Source: Planctomycetota bacterium
GTDB lineage: Bacteria; Planctomycetota; Planctomycetia; Pirellulales; Pirellulaceae
NCBI GenBank assembly: GCA_039821165.1
Contig: JBCBOT010000001.1
Location: forward strand, 30,099-94,098
Direction: 5' to 3'
Length of the DNA stretch: 64,000 bases
Program-made: the position numbers and the translations under genes
The notes under the pieces: model-generated
The model's input: the letters and a program-made list of their open reading frames with translations, nothing else
Databases searched by the model: none
Told to the model about the DNA's origin: nothing
Part shown: positions 29,951 through 40,558 of the stretch, piece after piece
How positions within the stretch are numbered: the first letter of the stretch is position 1
Layout: each line of letters opens with the position of its first letter

Positions 29951-31609
29951 TTATCGCAGCTCGCGGTAGCGACCGATCAGCTTGTTGGTGCTGCTGTCGT
30001 GGGTCAGCGGTTCGTCGCCGGTTAGCTCAGGAATGATCTTCTTGGCGAGGACTTTGCCGAGTTCGACGCCCCATTGGTCGAAGGGGTTGATCTGCCAGAT
30101 CACGCCTTGAGTGAAGACGCTGTGTTCGTAGAGAGCCACGAGCTTGCCCAGAACCGATGGCGTCAACTTTTCAATGAGCAGAGTATTTGATGGCCGATTG
30201 CCTTCGAACACGCGATGCTGCGCGAGTTCTTCCGGTGTCCCCTCGGCGAGGACCTGCTCCTTCGTTTTACCGAACGCGAGAGCTTCGCCTTGGGCAAAGA
30301 CATTCGCGGTCAGTTTGTCGTGGTGGTCGCCCAGCGGGTTGAGCGATTTGCCGAACGCGATGAAGTCACATGGAATGAGATGCGTCCCCTGGTGGATCAA
30401 CTGATAGAACGAGTGTTGCCCGTTGGTCCCCGGTTCGCCCCAGAAGATCGGGCCGGTCTCGTAGTCGACGGTTTCTCCATCGAGCGTCGTCGATTTTCCG
30501 TTGCTCTCCATCGTCAACTGTTGAAGATACGCTGGAAACCGTTTGAGGTATTGGTCGTAGGGCAGAACCGCGATGGTTTGTGCGCCAAAGAAGTTGACGT
30601 ACCAGAGATTGAGCAACCCCATGATCATGGGAAGGTTCTTCTCGGGCGGCGCGGTTCGGTAGTGCTCGTCCATCTCACGGAAACCGGCGAGCATCTCGCG
30701 AAAATTCTCTGGACCGATGGCAAGCATCGTTGAGAGCCCGATCGCGGAGTCCATGGAGTAGCGGCCTCCGACCCAGTCCCAAAAACCGAACATGTTCGCA
30801 GTGTCGATTCCGAATGCCGCAACGGCCTCGGCGTTGGTCGACAGCGCGACAAAGTGTTTCGCGACGGCCGACTCATCGGTCTCCAATCCACCGAGCAACC
30901 ACTCGCGCGCGGTGTGCGCGTTGGTCATGGTCTCTTGAGTGGTAAACGTTTTGGAGGCGATGATAAAAAGCGTCTCGGCGGGATCGAGATCGACCGTGGC
31001 CTCGGCAAAGTCAGTTCCATCGACGTTGGAGACGAAACGCAACGTGAGGTCGCGTTGGCTGTAGTGTTTCAGGGCCTCGTAAGCCATTACCGGGCCGAGG
31101 TCGGAGCCACCGATGCCGACGTTGACGATGTTGCGGATCGACTTGCCGGTCTGACCTTTCCACTGACCACTTCGTACCTTGTCGGCGAAAGCGGACATTT
31201 TGTCGAGAACTTCGTGGACGTCTGGAACGACGTTGCGGCCATCGAATTCGATGTTGGCATCGCGAGGGGCTCGCAGTGCCGTGTGAAGGACCGCGCGATC
31301 CTCCGTCGTGTTGATTCGCTCGCCGGTCATCATCGCCTCGATCCGCTCAGGCAAACCGGAAGCCTTTGCGAGTTCGATCAACCGCGAGAGGGTTTCGCCG
31401 GTGATGCGATTCTTGGAATAATCCAAGTAGATACCGACCGCATCAAGGCTGAACGTTTCTCCGCGGTCGGGATCGCTTTCGAAGAGCGATCGGAGATGTT
31501 TCGAACGGATTTCCTCGTAGTGAGCTGAAAGATCCGCCCAGGCGTGCTGTGTCCTTAATACGGCCATCTCGTTCCGTCCGGTACTCTGGTGTTCGGCAAC
31601 TGCTGACAT
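29951..31609 (-). CDS. pgi: Glucose-6-phosphate isomerase
   Basis: [48 protein letters not shown]; start MSAVAEH at 31609. Confidence 0.98.
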   Translation of the reverse strand: MSAVAEHQSTGRNEMAVLRTQHAWADLSAHYEEIRSKHLRSLFESDPDRGETFSLDAVGIYLDYSKNRITGETLSRLIELAKASGLPERIEAMMTGERINTTEDRAVLHTALRAPRDANIEFDGRNVVPDVHEVLDKMSAFADKVRSGQWKGQTGKSIRNIVNVGIGGSDLGPVMAYEALKHYSQRDLTLRFVSNVDGTDFAEATVDLDPAETLFIIASKTFTTQETMTNAHTAREWLLGGLETDESAVAKHFVALSTNAEAVAAFGIDTANMFGFWDWVGGRYSMDSAIGLSTMLAIGPENFREMLAGFREMDEHYRTAPPEKNLPMIMGLLNLWYVNFFGAQTIAVLPYDQYLKRFPAYLQQLTMESNGKSTTLDGETVDYETGPIFWGEPGTNGQHSFYQLIHQGTHLIPCDFIAFGKSLNPLGDHHDKLTANVFAQGEALAFGKTKEQVLAEGTPEELAQHRVFEGNRPSNTLLIEKLTPSVLGKLVALYEHSVFTQGVIWQINPFDQWGVELGKVLAKKIIPELTGDEPLTHDSSTNKLIGRYRELR

Positions 31610-31766
31610 AACAAACTCTTGTGAATTTTGGTGCCAAACGACGGTCTCCGGAAAGGGGGCGTGAGTCGTCTTTGGCCCCCGGCTCACGTCCTAACGGTCC
31701 CTACGTTGGAAAAACGAGCCGACCGGGAACTTCGCCAGCGAAGAGGGAACTCGGCCACACTAGACT

Positions 31767-34172
31767 ATGCGTCCGCTCGTCCGTCTCCTCTTGAGTCTCC
31801 CGAACGCCGTGAGAAACTGGCCCGCAATCGTCGCATTCTGTGTTTTTCACGCTTCGAGTTGCTTTCACCTCGCCTCCGCTGCGGACGAAGTGTCCTTCAA
31901 CCGAGACGTGAGGCCGATCCTGTCGAATCTTTGCTTCCGTTGCCACGGCCCCGACGCGGAGGAGCGTGCGGCGGACCTGAGATTCGACGTTGCCGAATCG
32001 GCTCTCGAATCCGCAATCGTCTCGGGTGATGCAGACGCGAGCGAAATCATCGCACGCATCGTGTCGAAGGATCCGGACTTGCAAATGCCGCCGCCGGAGA
32101 CGGGAAAGGAAGTTGATGCCGAACAACTCGAAACGCTTCGGCGCTGGATCAACTCGGGCGCCAACTATGAGCCCCATTGGGCATATGTCCCACCCTCGCG
32201 TGTGTCACTTCGGGAGGCTGCAACGAGGGAAACCTCAACCGCCATCGATCGCCTTCTGGAGCATTCCGCTCGCACGTCATTCGAGCCTGCGCCGCGTGCC
32301 GACCGCCGTGCGCAGCTCCGTCGACTTTCTTTCGACCTGACCGGCTTGCCGCCGGACTTCAACGACATCGCATCGTTTGAAGAAGACGATGCACCCGAGG
32401 CCTACTCGCGTCGTGTCGATGCACTGCTCGCGTCACCTGCGTTTGGTGAGCGGCTCGCCGAATACTGGCTCGACTTGGTTCGTTTTGCGGACACGGTCGG
32501 CTATCACGGCGACCAAGACCACAACATCACGCCGTACCGCGATTACGTGATCGATGCGATCAACGACGGGATGCCTCTCGACCGATTCAGCATCGAACAG
32601 ATTGCAGGCGACTTGCTTCCCGATGCGACAATCGAACAACGCATCGCAAGTGGCTACAACCGCTTGCTGCAAACGTCTCACGAAGGCGGTGTGCAGCCGA
32701 AAGAGTATCTGGCGATTTACTCGGCCGACCGGGTTCGAAATTTCTCGGCGGTCTGGATGGCGGCGACCGTCGGATGCGCCCAATGCCATGATCACAAGTA
32801 CGATCCGTATTCGGCGCGAGACTTCTATTCGCTGGCAGCGTTTTTTGCAGACATCGACGAAGCACAGCACTTCCGCTCTGGAACGAACTCCCTGCCGACG
32901 CGCCGACTGCCTGAGATCGACGTTCTCGATCGCACCGATCGACTCCGACTCGAGGAGGTCGATGCGGCAATCGCGTTGGCGGAAGCAGCGGGCAATGGCG
33001 CACAGCTTGCGGAGCTCAAGGCGGAAAAGGAACAAATCGAAAGCCGCAAACGCAGGACGATGATCACCCAGACGACCGAGCCGCGGGTGATTCGGTTCCT
33101 GCCACGCGGAAACTGGCTCGATGAAACTGGTGACGTGATGGAGCCCGCGATACCGTCCTTTCTGGGTGATCTTCGCGAGTCACTGGGCGTCGCGTCCGAC
33201 CAACGTCTCAATCGACTTCATCTCGCGCGATGGCTGTTTGATGTGGACCATGGGGTCGGTCGGCTGACGGCCCGCGTGTTCGTCAATCGTTTGTGGTATC
33301 TCTACACGGGTCGTGGGATCAGCCCATCGCTCGGTGATTTCGGCGGCCAGGGCCAACCGCCGGTCCACCCCGAATTGCTTGACCATCTCGCGAACGTGCT
33401 GATCGAGAATCGCTGGGACATCAAGGCGACGGTCCGCGAAATTGTGATGAGCGATACCTATCGCCGCGCGGTTTCCGCCGATCCCGAGTTGCGTCAGTCG
33501 GATCCGTATAACGAGTTGTGTCGTTCGCAATCGGGACACCGTTTGCCCGCCGAAACGGTTCGCGACGCAGCGTTAGAGATCGCGGGCTTACTCGACCACC
33601 GCGTCGGCGGCCGGAGCGTGAAACCGTTTCAGCCGGCGGGGTATTATCGCCACCTGAACTTCCCGACCCGGAAGTACAAGCACGATCAGGGTGTGATGCA
33701 ATGGCGGCGGGGACTCTACACGCATTGGCAACGCCAATTCCTGCACCCCATGCTCAAGGCACTCGATGCTCCGAGCCGTGAAGAATGCACCGCGGAGCGC
33801 CCCCGAAGTAACACGCCGGTCGAAGCGCTTGTCCTACTCAACGACCCCACCTTCGTCGTCGCGGCGCAGGCATTCGCCGCACGAGTGCTGCGTGAAACGC
33901 CGACCGTCACTGATGACGTCGCCCGTATCGACCATGCGATGCGGATCGCGATCGGGCGAGACGCCAACGATGGAGAGCAAGTTGCTCTTGTCGGATTGCT
34001 GCAAAGCGAACGCGAACGATACGGTGCGGACGCGGAAGCCGCAAAACGGTTCCTTTCGGAATCAAACGATCTCGCCCACTGGCCGACCACGACTTCATCG
34101 ACCGAACGCGCCGCCTGGTCCAGCGTTACGCGAGCGGTCCTGAACCTGCACGAAACTCTTTACCGACCCTAA
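31767..34172 (+). CDS. PSD1/planctomycete cytochrome C domain protein (DUF1549/DUF1553)
   Basis: SNLCFRCHGPD, CAQCHDHKYDP, RLTARVFVNRLW, TPVEALVLLND. Confidence 0.93.
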   Translation: MRPLVRLLLSLPNAVRNWPAIVAFCVFHASSCFHLASAADEVSFNRDVRPILSNLCFRCHGPDAEERAADLRFDVAESALESAIVSGDADASEIIARIVSKDPDLQMPPPETGKEVDAEQLETLRRWINSGANYEPHWAYVPPSRVSLREAATRETSTAIDRLLEHSARTSFEPAPRADRRAQLRRLSFDLTGLPPDFNDIASFEEDDAPEAYSRRVDALLASPAFGERLAEYWLDLVRFADTVGYHGDQDHNITPYRDYVIDAINDGMPLDRFSIEQIAGDLLPDATIEQRIASGYNRLLQTSHEGGVQPKEYLAIYSADRVRNFSAVWMAATVGCAQCHDHKYDPYSARDFYSLAAFFADIDEAQHFRSGTNSLPTRRLPEIDVLDRTDRLRLEEVDAAIALAEAAGNGAQLAELKAEKEQIESRKRRTMITQTTEPRVIRFLPRGNWLDETGDVMEPAIPSFLGDLRESLGVASDQRLNRLHLARWLFDVDHGVGRLTARVFVNRLWYLYTGRGISPSLGDFGGQGQPPVHPELLDHLANVLIENRWDIKATVREIVMSDTYRRAVSADPELRQSDPYNELCRSQSGHRLPAETVRDAALEIAGLLDHRVGGRSVKPFQPAGYYRHLNFPTRKYKHDQGVMQWRRGLYTHWQRQFLHPMLKALDAPSREECTAERPRSNTPVEALVLLNDPTFVVAAQAFAARVLRETPTVTDDVARIDHAMRIAIGRDANDGEQVALVGLLQSERERYGADAEAAKRFLSESNDLAHWPTTTSSTERAAWSSVTRAVLNLHETLYRP

Positions 34173-34173
34173 C

Positions 34174-35604
34174 ATGATCGACCACCTTCATCGCCGAACG
34201 TTTCTCTCGCGTGGCGGGGTCTCCATCGGTTCTGCTGCTTTGGCAACGATGCTCGGCGACTCCGCACTGCGAGGCGGCGAATCGCGTTCGGCATCAGGAC
34301 TACCCGCGGGCGTGCCAGGACTTCCGCATTTACCTCCGCGCGTGAAGCGGGTGATTTTTTTGTGCATGGCCGGTGGTCCATCACACCTCGAAACCTTTGA
34401 TCAAAAACCAGAACTGGAGCGACTGCACGATCAGCCGATGCCGGAGTCGTTCACGGCCGGACAACCGATCGCCCAACTGCGAGGTCAGTCGCTGAAGGTC
34501 CAAGGACCGATGCAATCGTTTCAGCGTTGCGGTGAGAGCGGTCAAACCATCAGCGATTACTTGCCGTTTCATCAAAAGATGGCGGACGACATTTGCGTGA
34601 TCAAGTCGATGGTCACCGAGCAGATCAACCACGACCCCGCACACACCTTCATGAACACGGGGACGGCGATCAGCGGTCGTCCCTCGATGGGTTCCTGGAT
34701 CACGTACGGCTTGGGCAGTGAGTGCGACAACCTGCCCGGCTTTGTGGTGATGACCAGCGTGGGTGGACGGAACCCACAACCGATCGCCTCGCGACAATGG
34801 TCCTCGGGCTTTCTACCGAGCCGCTACCAAGGGGTCGAGTTCAGCGGAACCGGCCAACCCGTTAGCTATGTCCGTCCGCCGGCCGGCGTCGATCGGGTCG
34901 GACAGCGTTCGGTGATCGACGCGATCGCCGCCATCAATCGCCAGCGATACGAAACGCTCCCCGATCCGGAAATCGAAACACGACTGGCCGCCTATGAGGT
35001 CGCGTTCCGGATGCAGACGTCGGTTCCCGACTTGATGGACGTTTCCGACGAATCGCAACAGACGCTGGACATGTATGGCGCCAAACCCGGCGATGGCTCC
35101 TACGCCAGCAATTGCCTGCTGGCGCGGCGATTGGCCGAGCGGGGCGTTCGCTTCATCCAACTCTACCACCGCGGCTGGGACCACCACGGCGATCTCGATC
35201 GCTACATGAAAATTTGCTGCTCGCTAACGGATAGAGCCACGTGGGCCCTGGTCCAAGACCTCAAAAACCGAGGGATGCTCGACGAGACGCTAGTGATTTG
35301 GGGTGGCGAATTCGGCCGCACGCCGATGTACCAAGGCAAGGGCGGCCCGGGACGGGACCACCACATCAAGGGCTTTTCGATGTGGATGGCCGGCGGTGGC
35401 ATCCGCCCCGGAACGAGCTACGGTGCGACGGACGAGTTGGGGTACAACGCGGTCGAAGACGTGGTCCATGTCCGTGATCTACACGCGACAATGCTGCATT
35501 TGCTGGGGATTCGTCACGACCGATTTTCCTACCCCTTCCAGGGACTCGACATGAAGCTGACGGGTGTCGAGCACGCCCGGGTGGTGTCCGACATTCTCAC
35601 CTGA
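34174..35604 (+). CDS. DUF1501 protein (PSD1-associated type)
   Basis: LHRRTFL, MAGGPSHLETFD, QINHDPA, GWDHHG, WGGEFGRTP. Confidence 0.93.
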   Translation: MIDHLHRRTFLSRGGVSIGSAALATMLGDSALRGGESRSASGLPAGVPGLPHLPPRVKRVIFLCMAGGPSHLETFDQKPELERLHDQPMPESFTAGQPIAQLRGQSLKVQGPMQSFQRCGESGQTISDYLPFHQKMADDICVIKSMVTEQINHDPAHTFMNTGTAISGRPSMGSWITYGLGSECDNLPGFVVMTSVGGRNPQPIASRQWSSGFLPSRYQGVEFSGTGQPVSYVRPPAGVDRVGQRSVIDAIAAINRQRYETLPDPEIETRLAAYEVAFRMQTSVPDLMDVSDESQQTLDMYGAKPGDGSYASNCLLARRLAERGVRFIQLYHRGWDHHGDLDRYMKICCSLTDRATWALVQDLKNRGMLDETLVIWGGEFGRTPMYQGKGGPGRDHHIKGFSMWMAGGGIRPGTSYGATDELGYNAVEDVVHVRDLHATMLHLLGIRHDRFSYPFQGLDMKLTGVEHARVVSDILT

Positions 35605-35721
35605 GCGAGAGGGACGCCGAGACGGCGAATCCACGTGTTTTTAGCCCTGTACGCCGCATCGACCGGTCGATACACTCTGGGGCCCAAATTCGAAGACCCG
35701 AGAGTTAGCACGACGGAAGTC

Positions 35722-36036
35722 ATGTACGCGATTATTGTTGACGGCGGACGCCAGTATAAAGTCGAACCCGGTATGGAAGTCGACTTGGATTACCGCGATG
35801 CCCCAGCCGGAGAGAGCATCACATTCAACAAGGTGCTCGCGGTGAAGGGCGATTCGGGGCTCACTCTGGGTTCTCCAACGGTGGACGGAGCCACGGTGAC
35901 GGCTTCGATCGTCGGTCCGAAGCAGGGCAAGAAAATCCACGTCCAGAAGTTCCGACGTCGCAAGCACAGCAAGAGCCGAATCGGCCACCGCCAGCTTTAC
36001 ACTCGGGTTAAAATCAACGAGATCGCTGGCGCCTGA
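35722..36036 (+). CDS. rplU: 50S ribosomal protein L21
   Basis: MYAIIVDGGRQYKV...KFRRRKHSKSRIGHRQLYT. Confidence 0.97.
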   Translation: MYAIIVDGGRQYKVEPGMEVDLDYRDAPAGESITFNKVLAVKGDSGLTLGSPTVDGATVTASIVGPKQGKKIHVQKFRRRKHSKSRIGHRQLYTRVKINEIAGA

Positions 36037-36089
36037 CCGCCCTCCCGGGTTCGTTCGGTTCGCCGAATGCTTCCCCTCGGAGTTTCGTC

Positions 36090-37112
36090 ATGCCTTCCAA
36101 CCAGCTCTCCGACTACGAGCTGGGTGAAGTCCTGGGTGTCGGCACGGTCGGCACCATCTATCTCGCCCGAGACAAAGAATCGGGTGAACTCGTCGCGCTC
36201 AAAAAATTGCACGCGCGGGTCAGCCAAAACACGTTGATTCGGGCACGGTTTCGTCGTGAGATGACGATCCTTGAGCGGTTACGTCACCCCAACATCGTTA
36301 ACTATCTGGGCGGTGGGCGTGACGACCAATCCCTGTTCTACGTGATGGAAGTTGTTCAGGGAGGAACCGTTGCGGACCTCCTGAATCGAGGCGGACCGCT
36401 CGCCTGGACCGCCGTCGTCGAACTCACTCGCCAGATTTGCAGTGCGCTGCAGTGCGCTCATAACCACGGCATCGTGCACCGGGATCTCAAACCGAGCAAC
36501 CTGTTCCTCACGCGGGACGGCGTCGTCAAGCTCGGCGATTTTGGAATCGCCCGCGACCTGACCGCAGGTGACCTCACAGGTAGCGGTGTCACGGTCGGCA
36601 CTCATGCTTACATGGCACCGGAACAAATCACTGGAGACCGATCGGTCGATGGAAAAGTCGACTTGTACGCGCTCGGTTGCTGCATGTTCGAGATGCTCAC
36701 CGCACGCAAGGTCTTCCTCGGCGATGACTACGCACGGCTCTTTGATCAGCACCTCAAGTCGCCGCCGCCCTCGGTTCGCGACCATGCGGACTGCCCCGAA
36801 GCGATCGACGCGATCATCAAGAGTTTGCTCGCGAAAGCTGCGGAGGATCGGCCATTCAATGCACGGCAAGTCCAGGGCGTGATGCTGGATGTGGCCCGCG
36901 ATTATGTGGGGGGGCAAGAAGATCAGGGCAATCCACCAAGCCCGGTGTTTGAGGCCGGACGTGAAGAGCTGGTCGAACGAATCAACCGCCGCGTCCAAGG
37001 TGCGACGGCCGATGTGAGTGGCAAGAAAGTCCTGCTCGCGGTCTGCGTCATGGTCGCGATCGTCTCAACCTTGGTGCTGATTTCTCAGTTCACCAATCCC
37101 GACGGACCCTGA
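36090..37112 (+). CDS. Ser/Thr protein kinase with C-terminal TM
   Basis: LGVGTVGTIY, VALK, HRDLKPSN, DFG, YMAPE; hydrophobic C-terminus. Confidence 0.92.
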   Translation: MPSNQLSDYELGEVLGVGTVGTIYLARDKESGELVALKKLHARVSQNTLIRARFRREMTILERLRHPNIVNYLGGGRDDQSLFYVMEVVQGGTVADLLNRGGPLAWTAVVELTRQICSALQCAHNHGIVHRDLKPSNLFLTRDGVVKLGDFGIARDLTAGDLTGSGVTVGTHAYMAPEQITGDRSVDGKVDLYALGCCMFEMLTARKVFLGDDYARLFDQHLKSPPPSVRDHADCPEAIDAIIKSLLAKAAEDRPFNARQVQGVMLDVARDYVGGQEDQGNPPSPVFEAGREELVERINRRVQGATADVSGKKVLLAVCVMVAIVSTLVLISQFTNPDGP

Positions 37113-37589
37113 TCAATCGCCAACAGCCATTTCGGCGTAGGTCGTTGTTTCGCCCGTTGACCGGTCGAGCGAAGCCTCCGCGAAGGACTCGTCCGTTTCC
37201 CAGATGCGGACTTGGCACGCACGGGAACCGGTGCCGGCAAGCACCTCGGGGCACATGACCTCCAGCAGATATTTGGCCATGTTCTCCGCCGTTGGGTTGT
37301 AGGGCAACAAAAAGAGTCGGCATGGCTTGACCATCTCAAGTGCCGTCCGCGCGTTCTCATCGCCCTCGTGAATCAGAAAGCTGTGATCCCAATGGTCGTC
37401 GATCCAGCCTTTGACGCGGCGTTTTAGCTCCGAAAAGTCGATGATCCTGCCGACCTCGTCCTGCTCCTCGCCCTCGACAAAAAAGTCAGCGACGTAATTG
37501 TGGCCGTGGAAGTTTTCGCACTTTCCACCGTGACCGAAGAGTCGGTGGCCGGCGCAAAACTTGATGCGCCTCATAATCGTCAATGGCAT
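37113..37589 (-). CDS. queD: 6-carboxy-5,6,7,8-tetrahydropterin synthase (QueD/PTPS)
   Basis: FCAGHRL...CENFHGHNY...DHWDHSF...PTAENMA...IWET. Confidence 0.9.
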   Translation of the reverse strand: MPLTIMRRIKFCAGHRLFGHGGKCENFHGHNYVADFFVEGEEQDEVGRIIDFSELKRRVKGWIDDHWDHSFLIHEGDENARTALEMVKPCRLFLLPYNPTAENMAKYLLEVMCPEVLAGTGSRACQVRIWETDESFAEASLDRSTGETTTYAEMAVGD

Positions 37590-37968
37590 CGGGATTCCAA
37601 CAAGAAGGTGTCGTGTCGAACGGGCAACACATAGTACGCGGCCGTCCACCGCAGGGCGAGCTTGATCGGCGTTGCCCGCAAGAAATGCGATCTCCAAACG
37701 ACTACTATGGAGGAGGCGGGGACCCGAGGGGGCCGCCCGGAAGTTCCGCAGCGAGAAACAATGCGCGGAATTGCCGCCTGGCATTGTCTAGCCCCGTCCC
37801 TGGGGTTTCGCCGGATGTGCCGTACCAAACCTGATTCAAGCGTTTCCGATCGACTGTCGAGTGAGAGACAATGAGCACCACTTCGCCGTGACAAAACGGT
37901 TTGCGTGAAACTCACCGAAGCGGCGACACTCAATGCCGGCCTGCATCAATCAAAACAAGACAGCCACG

Positions 37969-38415
37969 ATGAATCCGTACCAATCTCATCCGACGCACGA
38001 AGCGTTCACCGATTCGGGCTCGGAGCGATTCGAGACCCCCAGTCAGCTCCTCATTCCTCCGCAGATCCGGACTTTGGTTTTGCGAATGGTTTGGGGATAC
38101 CCGTTGATGCTCCTTGCTGCGCTCTATGCCACCTGGATGATCGGTTGGATGGAGTTGGGACATCCGCCACGGCCCTCACTCGATGATCCAAGTAGCATCA
38201 GCTGGGTCGTTAACACGGCATGCCTGATCACTGGCCTTCTGTTGGTGGGATTCCCCGCCGCCGTCTTCTTCGGCGCCACCATTCAGCTTTGTGATCGAGT
38301 CCGTTCACTCAGTGAACGATTCCTATCGGTGATCGGACTCTTCACCTGCTGGGTTTTCACCATCGCGTTTCTGCGATGGGATCCCTTTCTCGTGATGAGC
38401 TGGTTCATGGACTGA
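37969..38415 (+). CDS. Hypothetical membrane protein (about 3 TM)
   Basis: Hydrophobic segments, ends WDPFLVMSWFMD. Confidence 0.65.
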   Translation: MNPYQSHPTHEAFTDSGSERFETPSQLLIPPQIRTLVLRMVWGYPLMLLAALYATWMIGWMELGHPPRPSLDDPSSISWVVNTACLITGLLLVGFPAAVFFGATIQLCDRVRSLSERFLSVIGLFTCWVFTIAFLRWDPFLVMSWFMD

Positions 38416-38463
38416 CGCAAGTCTACCCGCCCGGACCTTGTGGGAAGGACGTCGCCTGCGGCA

Positions 38464-38511
38464 GCGTTGCCGCTCCAACTCGAGTTGCTGTGCAACTTGT
38501 TGGAGCAACGC
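38464..38511. terminator. Strong hairpin between convergent genes (possible bidirectional terminator)
   Basis: GCTCCAAC/GTTGGAGC and AGTTGC/GCAACT stems. Confidence 0.45.
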
Positions 38512-38570
38512 GATGCATCTGAGACGTTTACCCGATCGACACGTTCATCACGTTGCCCCGGTGACCAGAG

Positions 38571-38780
38571 TCACTCCGTGCCGACCAACTGCACATTCTC
38601 GGCGCGAGGCCCCTTCGGGCCTTGCCCCACGGTGTAAGACACTCTCTGGCCTTCACGAAGGTCATTGAAGTGCGTTCCCTCCAATGCCGAACTGTGAAAG
38701 AACATGTCGGTATTGCCTCCCGATGGAGCAATGAACCCGAAGCCTTTATCCGTAAGCTGCTTAATCGTACCTTCTTGCAT
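38571..38780 (-). CDS. Cold-shock domain protein (CspA family)
   Basis: MQEGTIKQLTDKGFGFI...DMFFHSS...GPRAENV; GAGGA Shine-Dalgarno upstream of 38780. Confidence 0.95.
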   Translation of the reverse strand: MQEGTIKQLTDKGFGFIAPSGGNTDMFFHSSALEGTHFNDLREGQRVSYTVGQGPKGPRAENVQLVGTE

Positions 38781-39059
38781 ATCGATGTTCCTCGATGGAT
38801 TTTTGGTGCGAGGGCGTTTCATGAAAACCGTTTTCGTGAACGACCGACGCGCCGCGTATTGCGAGCCATCAATGGCTCATTGTCTTGGTGATTGAGTATT
38901 TGTGATTCGACGTTACTTTCATCTTGTGGCGTGTCGCCGGAGACTTCTTGATCGCTTTCTTCTCTTGTCCATTTCACGTTGACCAAATGTGTTCTGATTT
39001 TTCGCGATGAGATTTCTCCTGAGAGCGGACACGTCCAAAGTCGATCAGTAAGCCCGTTT

Positions 39060-40412
39060 TCATGCAACAACGCTGGTCGTGCGACCGCCGGAACGCCGCT
39101 TTTTCTTTTTGTTCGTCTTGAACTTGCCACGACCGTTGCCCCGTCCCTTGCCACGACTTGAAGACTGTGAGCGAGAACCAGACTTCGGCTTTGAGCCGTT
39201 TGACTTACGCGAGGTGGCTTGTCGAGAAAACCCAATCGAATCGGGGTCTGAGATGACAAGTTCTTTCCCAAGCAGCTTTTCGATCGCTCGAAGCTTGTCC
39301 CGCTCATCCAGGGTGCAGTACGAAACAGCAACTCCCGAAGCACCGGCGCGACCGGTACGCCCAACGCGGTGAACATAGCTTTCGGGCTCGTCGGGCATGT
39401 CGTAGTTGATGACGTGTGTGACACCGTCGATGTCAATACCGCGTGCCGCAACATCGGTTGCAACGAGGGCAGAGACTTTGTTTTGGCGGAAAGCGTGGAG
39501 GGCCTTCTCCCGGGCTGCCTGAGACTTGTTTCCATGAATCGCAATTGCGTTGATGCCGGAGCGATCCAACTTTTTTGCAAGTGCATTCGCGCCATGCTTG
39601 GTCCGCGTGAAGACGATAGCGCGCTCAACATTTTCATCCCTTAGCGCACTGCAAATCGTTTTAAACTTGCTGCTTCGCTCGACGATCTGAATCGTCTGGT
39701 CGATCTTTGCGACGCTTGTCGACTTTGGACTCACATCTACCGTTACCGGGTTGAATAACAATTGGCTAGCGAGCTGCCTGATCCGTGGCGCGAGGGTCGC
39801 CGAGAAGAAAAGGGACTGACGTTCTCGAGGTAAATCCGCGATGATCTTTTTCAACGCGGGTAAGAAACCCATGTCAAGCATCCGGTCTGCCTCATCGAGC
39901 ACAAACATCTCGACGTTGCCGAGCTTCAGGTGCTTTTGGTCCATGAGATCCAGCAGTCGCCCCGGTGTGGCAACCAGCACATCCACCCCACGACGGAGCG
40001 CAGCCACCTGCTTCGCTTGATCCACACCGCCATACACGGTTGCTTGGCGGAAACGCATGTGCTTTCCATACTCGGCGAAGCTGTTGCTGATTTGCACTGC
40101 CAATTCACGGGTCGGTGCGAGCACGAGTGCGGTTGGAAGGCAGGGCGTACGCTTTGGTCGCTCATTTCCCAGGAAGTCGAGGACCGGCAACGCGAAAGCG
40201 GCGGTCTTTCCGGTTCCTGTTTGGGCACACCCAAGGATGTCTAAGCCCTCAACGGCTGACGGGATTGTCTTTGCTTGAATGGGAGTCGGTTTTTGATAGT
40301 CGAGTTCCGTGAGCGCACGCTCCAACGGGGCGAACAATTCGAGTTCTTGAAAGGATTTCAATAGATCATTTGATGTTGAAAGTTCGGTGCATTCGCTGGG
40401 CCTGAGACTCAA
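39060..40412 (-). CDS. DEAD-box RNA helicase (RhlE-like)
   Basis: Q-motif PTPIQ, AQTGTGKT, PTRELA, DEAD, SAT, HRVGRTGRAG, basic C-tail; TTG at 40361 may be the true start. Confidence 0.96.
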   Translation of the reverse strand: MSLRPSECTELSTSNDLLKSFQELELFAPLERALTELDYQKPTPIQAKTIPSAVEGLDILGCAQTGTGKTAAFALPVLDFLGNERPKRTPCLPTALVLAPTRELAVQISNSFAEYGKHMRFRQATVYGGVDQAKQVAALRRGVDVLVATPGRLLDLMDQKHLKLGNVEMFVLDEADRMLDMGFLPALKKIIADLPRERQSLFFSATLAPRIRQLASQLLFNPVTVDVSPKSTSVAKIDQTIQIVERSSKFKTICSALRDENVERAIVFTRTKHGANALAKKLDRSGINAIAIHGNKSQAAREKALHAFRQNKVSALVATDVAARGIDIDGVTHVINYDMPDEPESYVHRVGRTGRAGASGVAVSYCTLDERDKLRAIEKLLGKELVISDPDSIGFSRQATSRKSNGSKPKSGSRSQSSSRGKGRGNGRGKFKTNKKKKRRSGGRTTSVVA

Positions 40413-40495
40413 ACGATTGACTCAGCTGCGGCGGTCATCGACCACGCCGAAAGCGAACGGCGGAATCCCTCGACCAGATTCAGCCAAGGGATCGG

Positions 40496-40558
40496 CAAGC
40501 CTGCAAAACCAAAACAGAGGCGAACTCAGTCCGTCGCCGGCAGGCTTGATGTTTTGGT
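40496..40558 (-). promoter_or_regulatory. Candidate structured leader RNA (two crossing 9-bp helices plus an inner hairpin)
   Basis: 40496-40504 pairs with 40540-40548; 40508-40516 pairs with 40550-40558; 40519-40523 pairs with 40534-40538. Confidence 0.45.

Noticed and set aside
37590-37800. preQ1 riboswitch upstream of queD
   Set aside because: No preQ1-I stem with an A-rich 3' tail recognisable on the minus strand
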